In this document: piece by piece, positions 9,314-18,135 of the stretch
Layout: each line of letters starts with the position of its first letter
Numbering within the stretch: the stretch's first letter is position 1
Origin: Candidatus Enterousia avicola
Lineage (GTDB): Bacteria > Pseudomonadota > Alphaproteobacteria > Rs-D84
Assembly: GCA_018714345.1 (NCBI GenBank)
Contig: DVNO01000036.1
Coordinates: forward strand, 240-64,239
Direction: 5' to 3'
DNA length: 64,000 nt
Program-made: the position numbers and the translations under genes
Notes under the pieces: model-generated
Database searches by the model: none
Told to the model about the DNA's origin: nothing
What the model saw: only the letters and a program-made list of their open reading frames with translations

Positions 9314-11326
9314 TTAATCACGCTTTTCTAACGTAGCCAAGAGAATCGTGCACATACAAGAAAATAGCAATATAATAATCATCATACCATCACGACCAAT
9401 TTCTCGATATATTGTACTATGCGCACCGTAAAGGCTTCCATCCATATATCCCTGCTCTGCAACTGGTATTTCTGAAACGACATTGCCATCTGACAATATG
9501 AAAGCGCTAATACCGGAATAATTTGCCCTAACAATTGGCAACCCCGATTCGATTGCGTATCTGCGCACCATGTCCAAATGTTGATAAGTTCCTGGGGTAT
9601 TTCCAAACCAAGTATCATTAGTAATATTTATTATTGCGTCAGGTTTTTCTGCATTTGGAACCAGTGAATCAGAAAAAATTATTTCATAACAAATGGCCGG
9701 CGCAAAACTAAAAACCTTACCATTAATATCAATCGTTATTATTTCTGCCCCATTTCCTTTTGATAATTGACCAGGCGTAGGAATGATGTCACCAAACGGT
9801 CTGTATTCGCCAAACGGAACCAAATGAGACTTACTATAAACTGTCTGAATTGCTCCACCTGGGGTGGCCACAACCATAGAGTTATATAAACTTCCATTCA
9901 TATATGACGTAGCCCCTATGACAACATTATTGTTCAACGCAGCGGCTATTGGCATATCATCACCTTTCAACACAACAAATGGATAGGCTGTTTCTGGAAA
10001 CACAATTAAATCTGGATTACCTGGTCCCTTTGCTAATTCTATAAGAGTATTAACATTATCTGTCGCATTACGAATCGCTTCTTCTCTTGAATGAGTCGCT
10101 TTTTGTTCTGCACTAAGCGCGGGCTGCACAATGCGTATTGTCTGGGTATAATTGTCACTATTATTTGCCTCTGTAATATTTCTATACCCATACAAGGTCC
10201 CAATTCCAGCAAGGGTCAAGAATAATACGAAAGCACCCCAAGAATACTTATTTCTTTTATTCAAAATAAGTTCAACAATAATGGCAATCAAACCAACTAA
10301 AACGAACGTTGTTCCCAAAGCCCCCCAAAGCGCCATGGAATTTGCAAGAATTGGAAACGGCATCAAAATATTAGCCAACGGGTTCCAAGGAAATCCAGTT
10401 AGCAACCACTCGCGCAACCACAAAACAAAAGTCCATACCGCAGCAAACAAAAATGCTCTACATGCTGGTTTTGTGCGTATACAAGAAATTGAAACAAACG
10501 GAATTGAAAAAATTATTCCACCTAATATTCCGATTCCAATAATCGCAGGTATTGTCCAAACTGCAAATTGTTCTGCCAGTTCTGGTACAACAAATATAGA
10601 ATTAACGACCCACCAAAACATAGCTATTGAATAAACCGCACTAAATGGGAAAACGCGTAAGAAGACTTTAAAAACACCTGCCCCAGAAATATTACGAACA
10701 ACTATGGCATAGGCAAACGCTATAGCTATTAAAGTTGCCCACCATAAATGAGTTGGCGCAAAACCTAAGGCAGCCACACCGCCAAGGACTGCCATTATTA
10801 AATACTGTCCAAACCCATTCGGTTTAAATTTTATTCGTTTAAAAAAGGAATAAATTTTGCTGCCTGGACAACATGAAAAATCGCTGCATACGCCTAAATC
10901 CTGCACATAGGGATTTTTTATTCCCATAGAATTTAATATTTCTGTCTCTTTTTTTTCCATTATTTCTGCTTCACTATCTTTTATATGATCATAACCTTGA
11001 AGATGTAACATTCCATGGACAACCATATGAGCAACATGATCCTTAACAGAAATATTTTCTTTTTTTGCTTCTTTCACAATTGTATCTAAGGATATATAAA
11101 TATCACCTAATAAAATATCATCACCCAGTTCGAAAGACAGAACATTTGTGGGCCTATCTATATTACGATACTTTCGATTTATTTCATGAATCTCCTCATC
11201 ATTGGTAAGAGTAATCGAGACCTCTGCTTCCGGTCCTGCATAAACAACCGCAGCATTGGCTATTTTATTAAAATCAATCTTATACTTACGCCAACGTTCA
11301 TCGTTGTAATTTATACATACTTTCAT
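9314..11326 (-). CDS. in-frame fusion of endoribonuclease YbeY and apolipoprotein N-acyltransferase Lnt
   Basis: The ATG at 11326 (MKVCINYN...) lies 14 nt after the upstream stop. The YbeY zinc motif HMVVHGMLHLQGYDH sits at about residues 100-115 of this CDS. Lnt TM helices and a CN-hydrolase domain follow with no stop codon in between. The ORF track extends to 11464, but that stretch overlaps the upstream gene. Confidence 0.8.
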   Translation of the reverse strand: MKVCINYNDERWRKYKIDFNKIANAAVVYAGPEAEVSITLTNDEEIHEINRKYRNIDRPTNVLSFELGDDILLGDIYISLDTIVKEAKKENISVKDHVAHMVVHGMLHLQGYDHIKDSEAEIMEKKETEILNSMGIKNPYVQDLGVCSDFSCCPGSKIYSFFKRIKFKPNGFGQYLIMAVLGGVAALGFAPTHLWWATLIAIAFAYAIVVRNISGAGVFKVFLRVFPFSAVYSIAMFWWVVNSIFVVPELAEQFAVWTIPAIIGIGILGGIIFSIPFVSISCIRTKPACRAFLFAAVWTFVLWLREWLLTGFPWNPLANILMPFPILANSMALWGALGTTFVLVGLIAIIVELILNKRNKYSWGAFVLFLTLAGIGTLYGYRNITEANNSDNYTQTIRIVQPALSAEQKATHSREEAIRNATDNVNTLIELAKGPGNPDLIVFPETAYPFVVLKGDDMPIAAALNNNVVIGATSYMNGSLYNSMVVATPGGAIQTVYSKSHLVPFGEYRPFGDIIPTPGQLSKGNGAEIITIDINGKVFSFAPAICYEIIFSDSLVPNAEKPDAIINITNDTWFGNTPGTYQHLDMVRRYAIESGLPIVRANYSGISAFILSDGNVVSEIPVAEQGYMDGSLYGAHSTIYREIGRDGMMIIILLFSCMCTILLATLEKRD

Positions 11327-11339
11327 AACGAAACCTATT

Positions 11340-13277
11340 TTATGCAATATTTTCTTTTTCCACTGTACCGCGCCGCCTAATCTTAAAAGCCTTGCTTTTT
11401 CCATTGACACGTTTAGCCGCCTCAACAAAATTTTGCCCTTTCTGGCGAAGCAATTTGTTGACACGTTTTATATCTTTTTTTACCCCTATATTCCCGTTAC
11501 GCACAGATAGCTTATAGTTCTTCAAAGCACGTTCTAGATCGCCAATTTGTTCGTACGCAAATCCAGCATTATACTGAGCCGCGGCATATTGACTTTTATC
11601 TCCTATTCTAGTCAAAATTTCGCGCGCACATTTTATTGCTTTTTCATACAATCCAAGATTGTTGTATGTGGCGGCTAAATCATTATGTAACAACGCATTA
11701 TCCGGGAAGCTTTTTAACATATTTTCCAACTGAGCCGCTGCACTTTTATAATCTTTTTTAGAATATGCCAGCATAGCATTTTCATATAAATCATCATATC
11801 CTATGGTATAAGTTTTCACAGTAGATATTTTTTCAGTTTTTGCATAATAATCTACAAAATCATTATTACCTAGTACACATTTACCACTTTGGCAAAGCAA
11901 TAAAGCATCGTCCGGTAAATAATCAGAAACCTTTTTCCAATTTTTTAGACTTTTCCCTTTCTTGTCCCTTGGATTTTTTAACCATTCCTTAAATACCTTG
12001 TACGTTTTTTTATTAACACGTGGTCCCGAAACATCACTTTCAAAAAAAGCACTTTTTTCTTTTCCCATAAGAGAAAAAAATTCATACATACCATTTATAG
12101 GACAATTTAATAACATTTGTGGTGTTATATCTCCCGTCATCAACCCAGCTTCTAACCAGCGCCGCCAATACATTCCCTTTCCTCCGGCCAAAAAACCACC
12201 CAATTTATTAGCGACCTCATTTTTATCGGAACCACTAAGCCAAGCTTCTCCGAAACTTCTTGGTTTTCGTACAGGATAAACATCAAAACACTGTTTCACT
12301 AAAGAATCTGGAAGTGCATAACCGTACTCCTTATAAAGCTTACGTAATTTATCAAATCTATTTTTATGATTAGAGTCTTTCGGGGCTTCTATCAATTTAG
12401 AATATGCATTATATACAACAGACCCTATACCCAAGGCTTCGCTAGTTGTTTCTATGTGAACATTATCTTGAGACACATCATAACAATAAAGAACAAAAAA
12501 TGTTTCATTTTCTAAATGCCAACGCGCAAGCTCATATGCCTCTTCATCTGTTATTGGTGGTGTACTCATAGTAACTTTTGTACCATCTTTCAAAACAGTT
12601 GAACCAAAGCCTATTGTTGGAATTCCCTTTGAGTCACGATATGGAGTATGCATGCCGTTTTCATTAATGTGTACCCCCTCTTTTACTATTAAATCGGCTA
12701 TCAAAACAGGTGTTATAGGTTTTATTCTTTCTAAGAATGCTTTATAAGTACCACTAAATGCTTTTTTTTCTTCGCTGTCCAGTTTCCATTCTTTATAATC
12801 ATGCTCTATTTCTTGTTCATATTTAGCAGTTACATAGCCAGCCCCAGATACAGCAGTTAAACCCAATAACCACAAAATATGAGCAGATAAATTAGGATAC
12901 TTTTTTGCAAACGAAGATACTTTTTTGGGTTTACCTTTTTTGTTTTTACCAACAGTCATATCAGAAAAATTTTTTTCCATTTTACGCAGGAAAGCATTAT
13001 CCATAGTCAACCAACGCGCTAAAGTTAATAAAAACTGTGCACCACCAGCAGCCAACCACGCAGACCACTTAACTGCCCCCAAACCAAAAATACCGGCAGC
13101 GTCCATAAACTTTGCATTTTTATCTTTTATCCCAGCGGATTCTCTCTTTTGCCGTCTTTCTTTTATAGTTTTTACGACTTCCTTTTTCTCTATAAATTTA
13201 CGTAATTTTTTTGCAAGCTCTTCGGGAACAGCAACATTCTTTCTAAACTTTTCTGACATAGTAATTTGCTCCTTCAC
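11340..13277 (-). CDS. membrane-anchored GH24 (phage-type) lysozyme-domain protein with C-terminal TPR repeats
   Basis: Two hydrophobic segments near the N-terminus. The GH24 signature KEGVHINENGMHTPYRDSKGIPTIGFGST matches (EG...Y.D..G.pTIGxG). TPR-like repeats sit at the C-terminus (YNNLGLYEKAIKCAREIL..., AQYNAGFAYEQIGDLERALKNY). Confidence 0.7.
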   Translation of the reverse strand: MKEQITMSEKFRKNVAVPEELAKKLRKFIEKKEVVKTIKERRQKRESAGIKDKNAKFMDAAGIFGLGAVKWSAWLAAGGAQFLLTLARWLTMDNAFLRKMEKNFSDMTVGKNKKGKPKKVSSFAKKYPNLSAHILWLLGLTAVSGAGYVTAKYEQEIEHDYKEWKLDSEEKKAFSGTYKAFLERIKPITPVLIADLIVKEGVHINENGMHTPYRDSKGIPTIGFGSTVLKDGTKVTMSTPPITDEEAYELARWHLENETFFVLYCYDVSQDNVHIETTSEALGIGSVVYNAYSKLIEAPKDSNHKNRFDKLRKLYKEYGYALPDSLVKQCFDVYPVRKPRSFGEAWLSGSDKNEVANKLGGFLAGGKGMYWRRWLEAGLMTGDITPQMLLNCPINGMYEFFSLMGKEKSAFFESDVSGPRVNKKTYKVFKEWLKNPRDKKGKSLKNWKKVSDYLPDDALLLCQSGKCVLGNNDFVDYYAKTEKISTVKTYTIGYDDLYENAMLAYSKKDYKSAAAQLENMLKSFPDNALLHNDLAATYNNLGLYEKAIKCAREILTRIGDKSQYAAAQYNAGFAYEQIGDLERALKNYKLSVRNGNIGVKKDIKRVNKLLRQKGQNFVEAAKRVNGKSKAFKIRRRGTVEKENIA

Positions 13278-13642
13278 TTATTCTTCCCAAGCCCGGTTTT
13301 CTTAGCTATTTTTGAACGTTTTTCTGAATAGCCAGGTGCAACTAACGGGTAATTATCTGGCAACCCCCATTTTTTTCGATATTGTTGCGGGGTCATGTTA
13401 AATTTTCGTTTTATATAACGTCTCAACATTACATGCCACGTACCGTCTTCTAAACACTGAATCTTATCTTGCTTTATTGAATCCGCAATTTGTTGTTTTG
13501 ACACAGATGCGCCACGCAGACTTTCACGTGCGGCGTGAACAGCATCCTCCATTGATAAGGCAGGATTAGCCGCAATAGCCGCTGCAGCCAAATTAGCTAC
13601 AGCCAATGCAAATTCTGCAGAATCTTTATTTATACTTACCAA
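13274..13642 (-). CDS. MucR/Ros-family transcriptional regulator with degenerate zinc site
   Basis: IQCLEDGTWHVMLRRYIKRKFNMTPQQYRKKWGLPDNYPLVAPGY aligns to the Ros box [43 protein letters not shown]. Only the first Cys ligand is retained. Confidence 0.8.
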   Translation of the reverse strand: MVSINKDSAEFALAVANLAAAAIAANPALSMEDAVHAARESLRGASVSKQQIADSIKQDKIQCLEDGTWHVMLRRYIKRKFNMTPQQYRKKWGLPDNYPLVAPGYSEKRSKIAKKTGLGKNK

Positions 13643-13720
13643 TTGAAAACCTTTGGTTTATTTACTAAAATTCATTATATCACAAATAGTTTATAAATAA
13701 AACATAAGTAAATAAATAAT

Positions 13721-15007
13721 ATGACAACAGAAAACCGACCATTAGCAGACTTAATGAGACCAACGACAATAGATGACATTGTCGGTCAAAAGCAGCTATT
13801 AGGCGAAAATGGGCTTGTTAGACGTATGGTTGATAACCACAAGTTATCTAACCTGATTTTATGGGGCCCCCCAGGATGCGGAAAGACAACTATTGCACGT
13901 GCACTAGCCAAGTCTGTTGACATGGATTTTGTTCCAATGTCTGCTGTATTTTCTGGGACTGCAGATATAAAAAAAGCAATGGAAGCTGCGCGTATGAACC
14001 GCGAAATCGGTCGTTCAACCTTATTGTTTATTGATGAAATACACAGATTTAATAAGACACAACAAGATACCCTGCTTCCTTATCTAGAAGACGGGACTGT
14101 TGTGTTTATGGGTGCGACAACAGAAAACCCAAGCTTTAATCTTAATAACGCATTACTTTCTCGTTGTCACGTTGGGGTATTACAACCACTATCTACCGAA
14201 GATCTAATGACTTTGATAGACCGCGCTGAAAAATACCTAAATAAGAAATTACCACTAGACGATGCCGCACGGTTACACCTAGCTCAAATGTCTGATGGGG
14301 ATGCGCGGTTCTTATTGAACACGATAGAATATTTATCAAACGCAAATTTTAAAAAAGAACTTACGCCAGAAAAACTAGATACAGCCATTCAAAAACGCGC
14401 ACCATTGTCCGACAAAACTGGTGACGAGCATTATAATTTAATATCTGCGGTACACAAATCACTACGTGCAAGCGACACAGATGCAGCGTTATATTGGACA
14501 GCCCGAATGATGACATCTGGCCAAGACCCAATGTACTTATTTAGAAGACTTACAAGATTTGCAATGGAAGATGTAGGATTAGCAGACCCCAATGCGATGC
14601 AATTGGCGTTGTCTGCATGGCAAATATATGAACGTATGGGAAGCCCAGAAGGCGATTTAGCTTTAACAGAATTAGTAATATACTTAGGAACGGCACCAAA
14701 AAGTACAGCCAATTATCGTGCCCAAAATGCTGCCTATAAAACAGCGAAAGAGACAGGAAGTCTAATGCCGCCTAAAAATATACTAAATGCCCCAACAAGA
14801 ATGATGAAAGAAATGGGTTATGGTGCCGGATACATATACGAGCCAGATACAGCATCTGGATTTAGCGGTCAAAACTGTTTTCCAGAATCAATGCCCAGAC
14901 AGAAATTTTATTTTCCAATAGAGCGCGGTTTTGAAAGAGAAATAAAAAAGCGCCTCGATTATTGGGACGCTTTACGAGATAAAATCAACGCCAAGAAAAA
15001 TCAATAA
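13721..15007 (+). CDS. rarA: replication-associated recombination protein A (AAA+ ATPase)
   Basis: Walker A GPPGCGKTT, Walker B LLFIDEIHRFNK, and MgsA-like C-terminal helical domain. Confidence 0.9.
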   Translation: MTTENRPLADLMRPTTIDDIVGQKQLLGENGLVRRMVDNHKLSNLILWGPPGCGKTTIARALAKSVDMDFVPMSAVFSGTADIKKAMEAARMNREIGRSTLLFIDEIHRFNKTQQDTLLPYLEDGTVVFMGATTENPSFNLNNALLSRCHVGVLQPLSTEDLMTLIDRAEKYLNKKLPLDDAARLHLAQMSDGDARFLLNTIEYLSNANFKKELTPEKLDTAIQKRAPLSDKTGDEHYNLISAVHKSLRASDTDAALYWTARMMTSGQDPMYLFRRLTRFAMEDVGLADPNAMQLALSAWQIYERMGSPEGDLALTELVIYLGTAPKSTANYRAQNAAYKTAKETGSLMPPKNILNAPTRMMKEMGYGAGYIYEPDTASGFSGQNCFPESMPRQKFYFPIERGFEREIKKRLDYWDALRDKINAKKNQ

Positions 15008-15987
15008 CACTTAGATTTTTCTATTTGATTTATCATTATTTGAACATTTTTTAGATAGTCTGTCTGATATGCTTTAATTCCAACGCCTGCTCTTTGTATC
15101 AAACGGCTTAAAGTTCTGCCTGGTCCAAGCTCATATGCAGTTGTAATGTTATATTTTGGTAAAGCTTCCATTATATCAACCCAATGCACACCTTGTGTCA
15201 TCTGCTCTGCCAGCCCTTCTTTAACTTCATCGGGGTCGGACATAACCAGCGCAGTCTGGTTAGAAAAAACCTTTGTTCTTGGCGCCCGAACATCTGTCGT
15301 TTCCAATCTGCGCTTCAATAAAATTTTAGCATTTTCCATCAACGCACAATGAGCGGGTACCGCAACATTCAACCTTTTTGCTATTCTTGCCCCATCTTTC
15401 AACGCCCTTGCAACGACCACATCCAAAGCTTCATTTTGTCCACTAATTGTAAATTGATCCCTTGCGTTATGATTAGAAATTGCGGCAAATCCGTGCCCCG
15501 TTGCAGCTATAAGGCACGTTTCTACTTTATCTTTATCAAGTCCGACAATACATGCCATTCCTCCACCCATTTTATCAGTCATGGACATGTATGAAGAACG
15601 TGCTGATAATAAATGTGCCGCATCTTTAAACGTTAAACTACCTGCACAGTGTAATGCAGTATATTGCCCCATTGAATGACCGGTTATTGCACTACCAATT
15701 TTATAAAGAGGTTCATTGAAATGCTCTTCTAGGACCCTTGCGATTGATACAGAATGTACAAACGTTCCCAAAGACGTAAGTTCAGGTTTATTTAAAACAT
15801 CCTGCGGACCTTCAAAACAATATTTTGCAATATCTTTATGAGAAACATCAGAAAGCTCTTCAAACGTATGACGAACAACGGCAAACTCTTTAAAAAGGTC
15901 ATGCCCCATGCCTACATATTGAGCCCCCTGTCCAGGGAAAACGAAAATAATTTCTTCTTCATTCATATCGCCGGCATTATTGCACAA
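15001..15987 (-). CDS. fabD: malonyl CoA-ACP transacylase
   Basis: FVFPGQGAQYVGMG N-terminus and active-site GHSMGQYTAL. Confidence 0.88.
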   Translation of the reverse strand: MCNNAGDMNEEEIIFVFPGQGAQYVGMGHDLFKEFAVVRHTFEELSDVSHKDIAKYCFEGPQDVLNKPELTSLGTFVHSVSIARVLEEHFNEPLYKIGSAITGHSMGQYTALHCAGSLTFKDAAHLLSARSSYMSMTDKMGGGMACIVGLDKDKVETCLIAATGHGFAAISNHNARDQFTISGQNEALDVVVARALKDGARIAKRLNVAVPAHCALMENAKILLKRRLETTDVRAPRTKVFSNQTALVMSDPDEVKEGLAEQMTQGVHWVDIMEALPKYNITTAYELGPGRTLSRLIQRAGVGIKAYQTDYLKNVQIMINQIEKSKCY

Positions 15988-16010
15988 AAATACAAAATGT
16001 CAACACACAA

Positions 16011-16040
16011 ATAAAAACCCGCAAACGCGGGTTTATTTTA
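16011..16040 (-). terminator. rho-independent terminator downstream of OMP gene 16043..16759
   Basis: On the minus strand: AAACCCGC-GTTT-GCGGGTTT followed by TTTTATTT. Confidence 0.6.
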
Positions 16041-16042
16041 AA

Positions 16043-16759
16043 TTAGAACAGAATATTTACATTTACGCCAACCTGCAAATCATCACTTTCGAACTCGTAA
16101 TCCAGATGACCTGCATATTGAGTTCGCCCGTATTGACGGACTATTTTTCCACCCAACCATTCTTGGTTATAGTGAGGATTTGTTGCCTTACGCAATATGA
16201 ATTGAGCCCCCAATCGCCAATCTTCGGCTATACGGAAATAGGCTTCTGGAATTGCATCAATATAAGCCATACCCCTTTCATCATCAAAAATCCAACTAGA
16301 CTGGATAGTTGCCGCCAAGGTCATTCCCGCCCACTGACGTCCGAATCTATATCCAGCATAATATGTAGAATCTGCAAAATACGGTGTACGAACACGGGAT
16401 GAGCCACCAAATTTCAAACCAAATAATACGTCTGATATTATATGAGCGCTGTTCCCCGATGCGGTTCCCACACGATAAACGCCACCTAAATCAATGGCGG
16501 AAAAGCCGTCTTCCGAGCCATCAAAATCCTGTTGAAAATGTACATTTGCCGCTATCGTCAAGCGGTTATTTATACCATAAGAAATAGCCTCGCCTAAACG
16601 CAAAACATTATCCCAATATGTAAGCGTTGTTTCAGACAAAACATGTTGTTCTGACAGCATATACAAAGGATCAGATGTATCAAGTTCCAAAGAATCAGCA
16701 TATACTGCACATGGCATTAGAAAAAAAACAGAAAACAATCCGATTAAAAATTTACGCAT
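16043..16759 (-). CDS. outer-membrane beta-barrel protein (OmpA/OmpW-like small porin)
   Basis: Signal peptide MRKFLIGLFSVFFLMPCAVYA, alternating amphipathic strands, and a C-terminal ...VNVNILF ending in aromatic Phe. Confidence 0.6.
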   Translation of the reverse strand: MRKFLIGLFSVFFLMPCAVYADSLELDTSDPLYMLSEQHVLSETTLTYWDNVLRLGEAISYGINNRLTIAANVHFQQDFDGSEDGFSAIDLGGVYRVGTASGNSAHIISDVLFGLKFGGSSRVRTPYFADSTYYAGYRFGRQWAGMTLAATIQSSWIFDDERGMAYIDAIPEAYFRIAEDWRLGAQFILRKATNPHYNQEWLGGKIVRQYGRTQYAGHLDYEFESDDLQVGVNVNILF

Positions 16760-16802
16760 TTCTCTCTTCCTAGTTTATAAATGAGGAAACCTCATAACGA
16801 AA

Positions 16803-16833
16803 TAAAAACCTGGGGAATTATTATCCCCAAGTC
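16803..16833 (-). terminator. rho-independent terminator downstream of OMP gene 16843..18051
   Basis: On the minus strand: CTTGGGGA-TAATAAT-TCCCCAGG (8-bp stem, one G·U) followed by TTTTTATTT. Confidence 0.65.
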
Positions 16834-16842
16834 TTATATGTT

Positions 16843-18051
16843 TTAGAACATGAATATAGCTTGCAAACCAACAGAAGCCTCTGAATAGTTGTCTATATGA
16901 GCTGTCCCCATCTGACGGAATACGCCATCAACCGCATCAGTCTGCCAGAAAGTCAAGTCTTTTCCATCAGCGGAATCCCATACAGCCATTTTGCCATACA
17001 GATTCAACGCGAACCAATCATTTGGCTGCCAACCGATTGCCGCCTTCAGACTTGCTTGATTATGCCAATCATAATTACCTAAAACAGCTTCTACATTCAG
17101 TGTCCAATCTTCATCAAGAACACTAAACACTCCAAGTCCGCCTTCGGCATAGAATGTATTCTTTGCATCAGTATTATACGCCATAAAGAACGTAGAATTT
17201 ACGCCCTCTTCTGTAACCCCGTTTATACCGTTACCATATGAGTTACCCTCAAAGTTCAAGTACCAACCACGAACCAATCCGTATATAGTAGAAGAGCTGA
17301 CCTTATAACCGGCTTTCAAATCCAAAACTATATTATTAGAAATATCTTGTTGGTATTGGTAATACGCAGAAGCTGTTGCAATCCAATCTGCAGTATCTAC
17401 AAAACGCCACTGTAAACCAAGTCCTAAAAGATTAAGACCACTGTCATCCATGGAATCATCCGGTGCAACCGCCCAGTCAAACTTATAGTCGGAAACATCA
17501 AAGCGCGCCATAGCTAAAATTGATAAACGATCAGTAATACCGTAACTAAAATCTTCTTTTATAGAAAACTGTGTTGCATCCCATTTTCCATTAGGATCGG
17601 AAATCCATGCATCTGCAACCGGCGTCAAGAAAATATCATAAGAATTCGTGTTATATGACAAATCTGTAACGGAACCAAATTTTCCCTTTGTTGGCTGAAA
17701 GAATGGATGCGCCAGATAATACTTGCGCTTCAACTCCGTACGATATGTTTCTGAACGTGTTGTACGAACAGTCGCTGCAGCGTTACCGCTATCATACTGC
17801 TTATACAATGAACTACGGTCAGCAGGCTGAGTGTAGTATATATTTTTAGCATCGGCCTGATCATATGTTTTTGTAGTAGAACGCGTTGTGTATTTTTCAT
17901 AGTTGACTTGTGTACGTTCACGCACAGCCGGCCCACTAGTTAAATCTACACTGGACGCGGCACGCGTACCAGAATTTGTCGCTGCCATAACAGGAAGCGC
18001 ACCAAACAATACTGCAAAAACAGCAAACAAAGAAAAACTCTTTTTCATCAC
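16843..18051 (-). CDS. outer-membrane beta-barrel protein
   Basis: Signal peptide MMKKSFSLFAVFAVLFGALPVMAA. Rich in Y/T/N/G beta-strands. The C-terminus ...GLQAIFMF ends in Phe. Confidence 0.6.
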   Translation of the reverse strand: MMKKSFSLFAVFAVLFGALPVMAATNSGTRAASSVDLTSGPAVRERTQVNYEKYTTRSTTKTYDQADAKNIYYTQPADRSSLYKQYDSGNAAATVRTTRSETYRTELKRKYYLAHPFFQPTKGKFGSVTDLSYNTNSYDIFLTPVADAWISDPNGKWDATQFSIKEDFSYGITDRLSILAMARFDVSDYKFDWAVAPDDSMDDSGLNLLGLGLQWRFVDTADWIATASAYYQYQQDISNNIVLDLKAGYKVSSSTIYGLVRGWYLNFEGNSYGNGINGVTEEGVNSTFFMAYNTDAKNTFYAEGGLGVFSVLDEDWTLNVEAVLGNYDWHNQASLKAAIGWQPNDWFALNLYGKMAVWDSADGKDLTFWQTDAVDGVFRQMGTAHIDNYSEASVGLQAIFMF

Positions 18052-18098
18052 ACATAACTCCTTTTTACGAAAATTATATCATAAAAAAGGCATCCGAA

Positions 18099-18133
18099 AA
18101 AGCTCAAAAAAGAACTCCTATGACAGGAGTTCT
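18099..18133 (-). terminator. rho-independent terminator immediately after ftsK stop
   Basis: On the minus strand: AGAACTCCT-GTCAT-AGGAGTTCT, then TTTTTTGAGCTTTTT. Confidence 0.65.
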
Positions 18134-18135
18134 AA

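Noticed and set aside
10152-10634. 160-aa plus-strand ORF
   Set aside because: It is antisense within the lnt portion of the YbeY-Lnt ORF.
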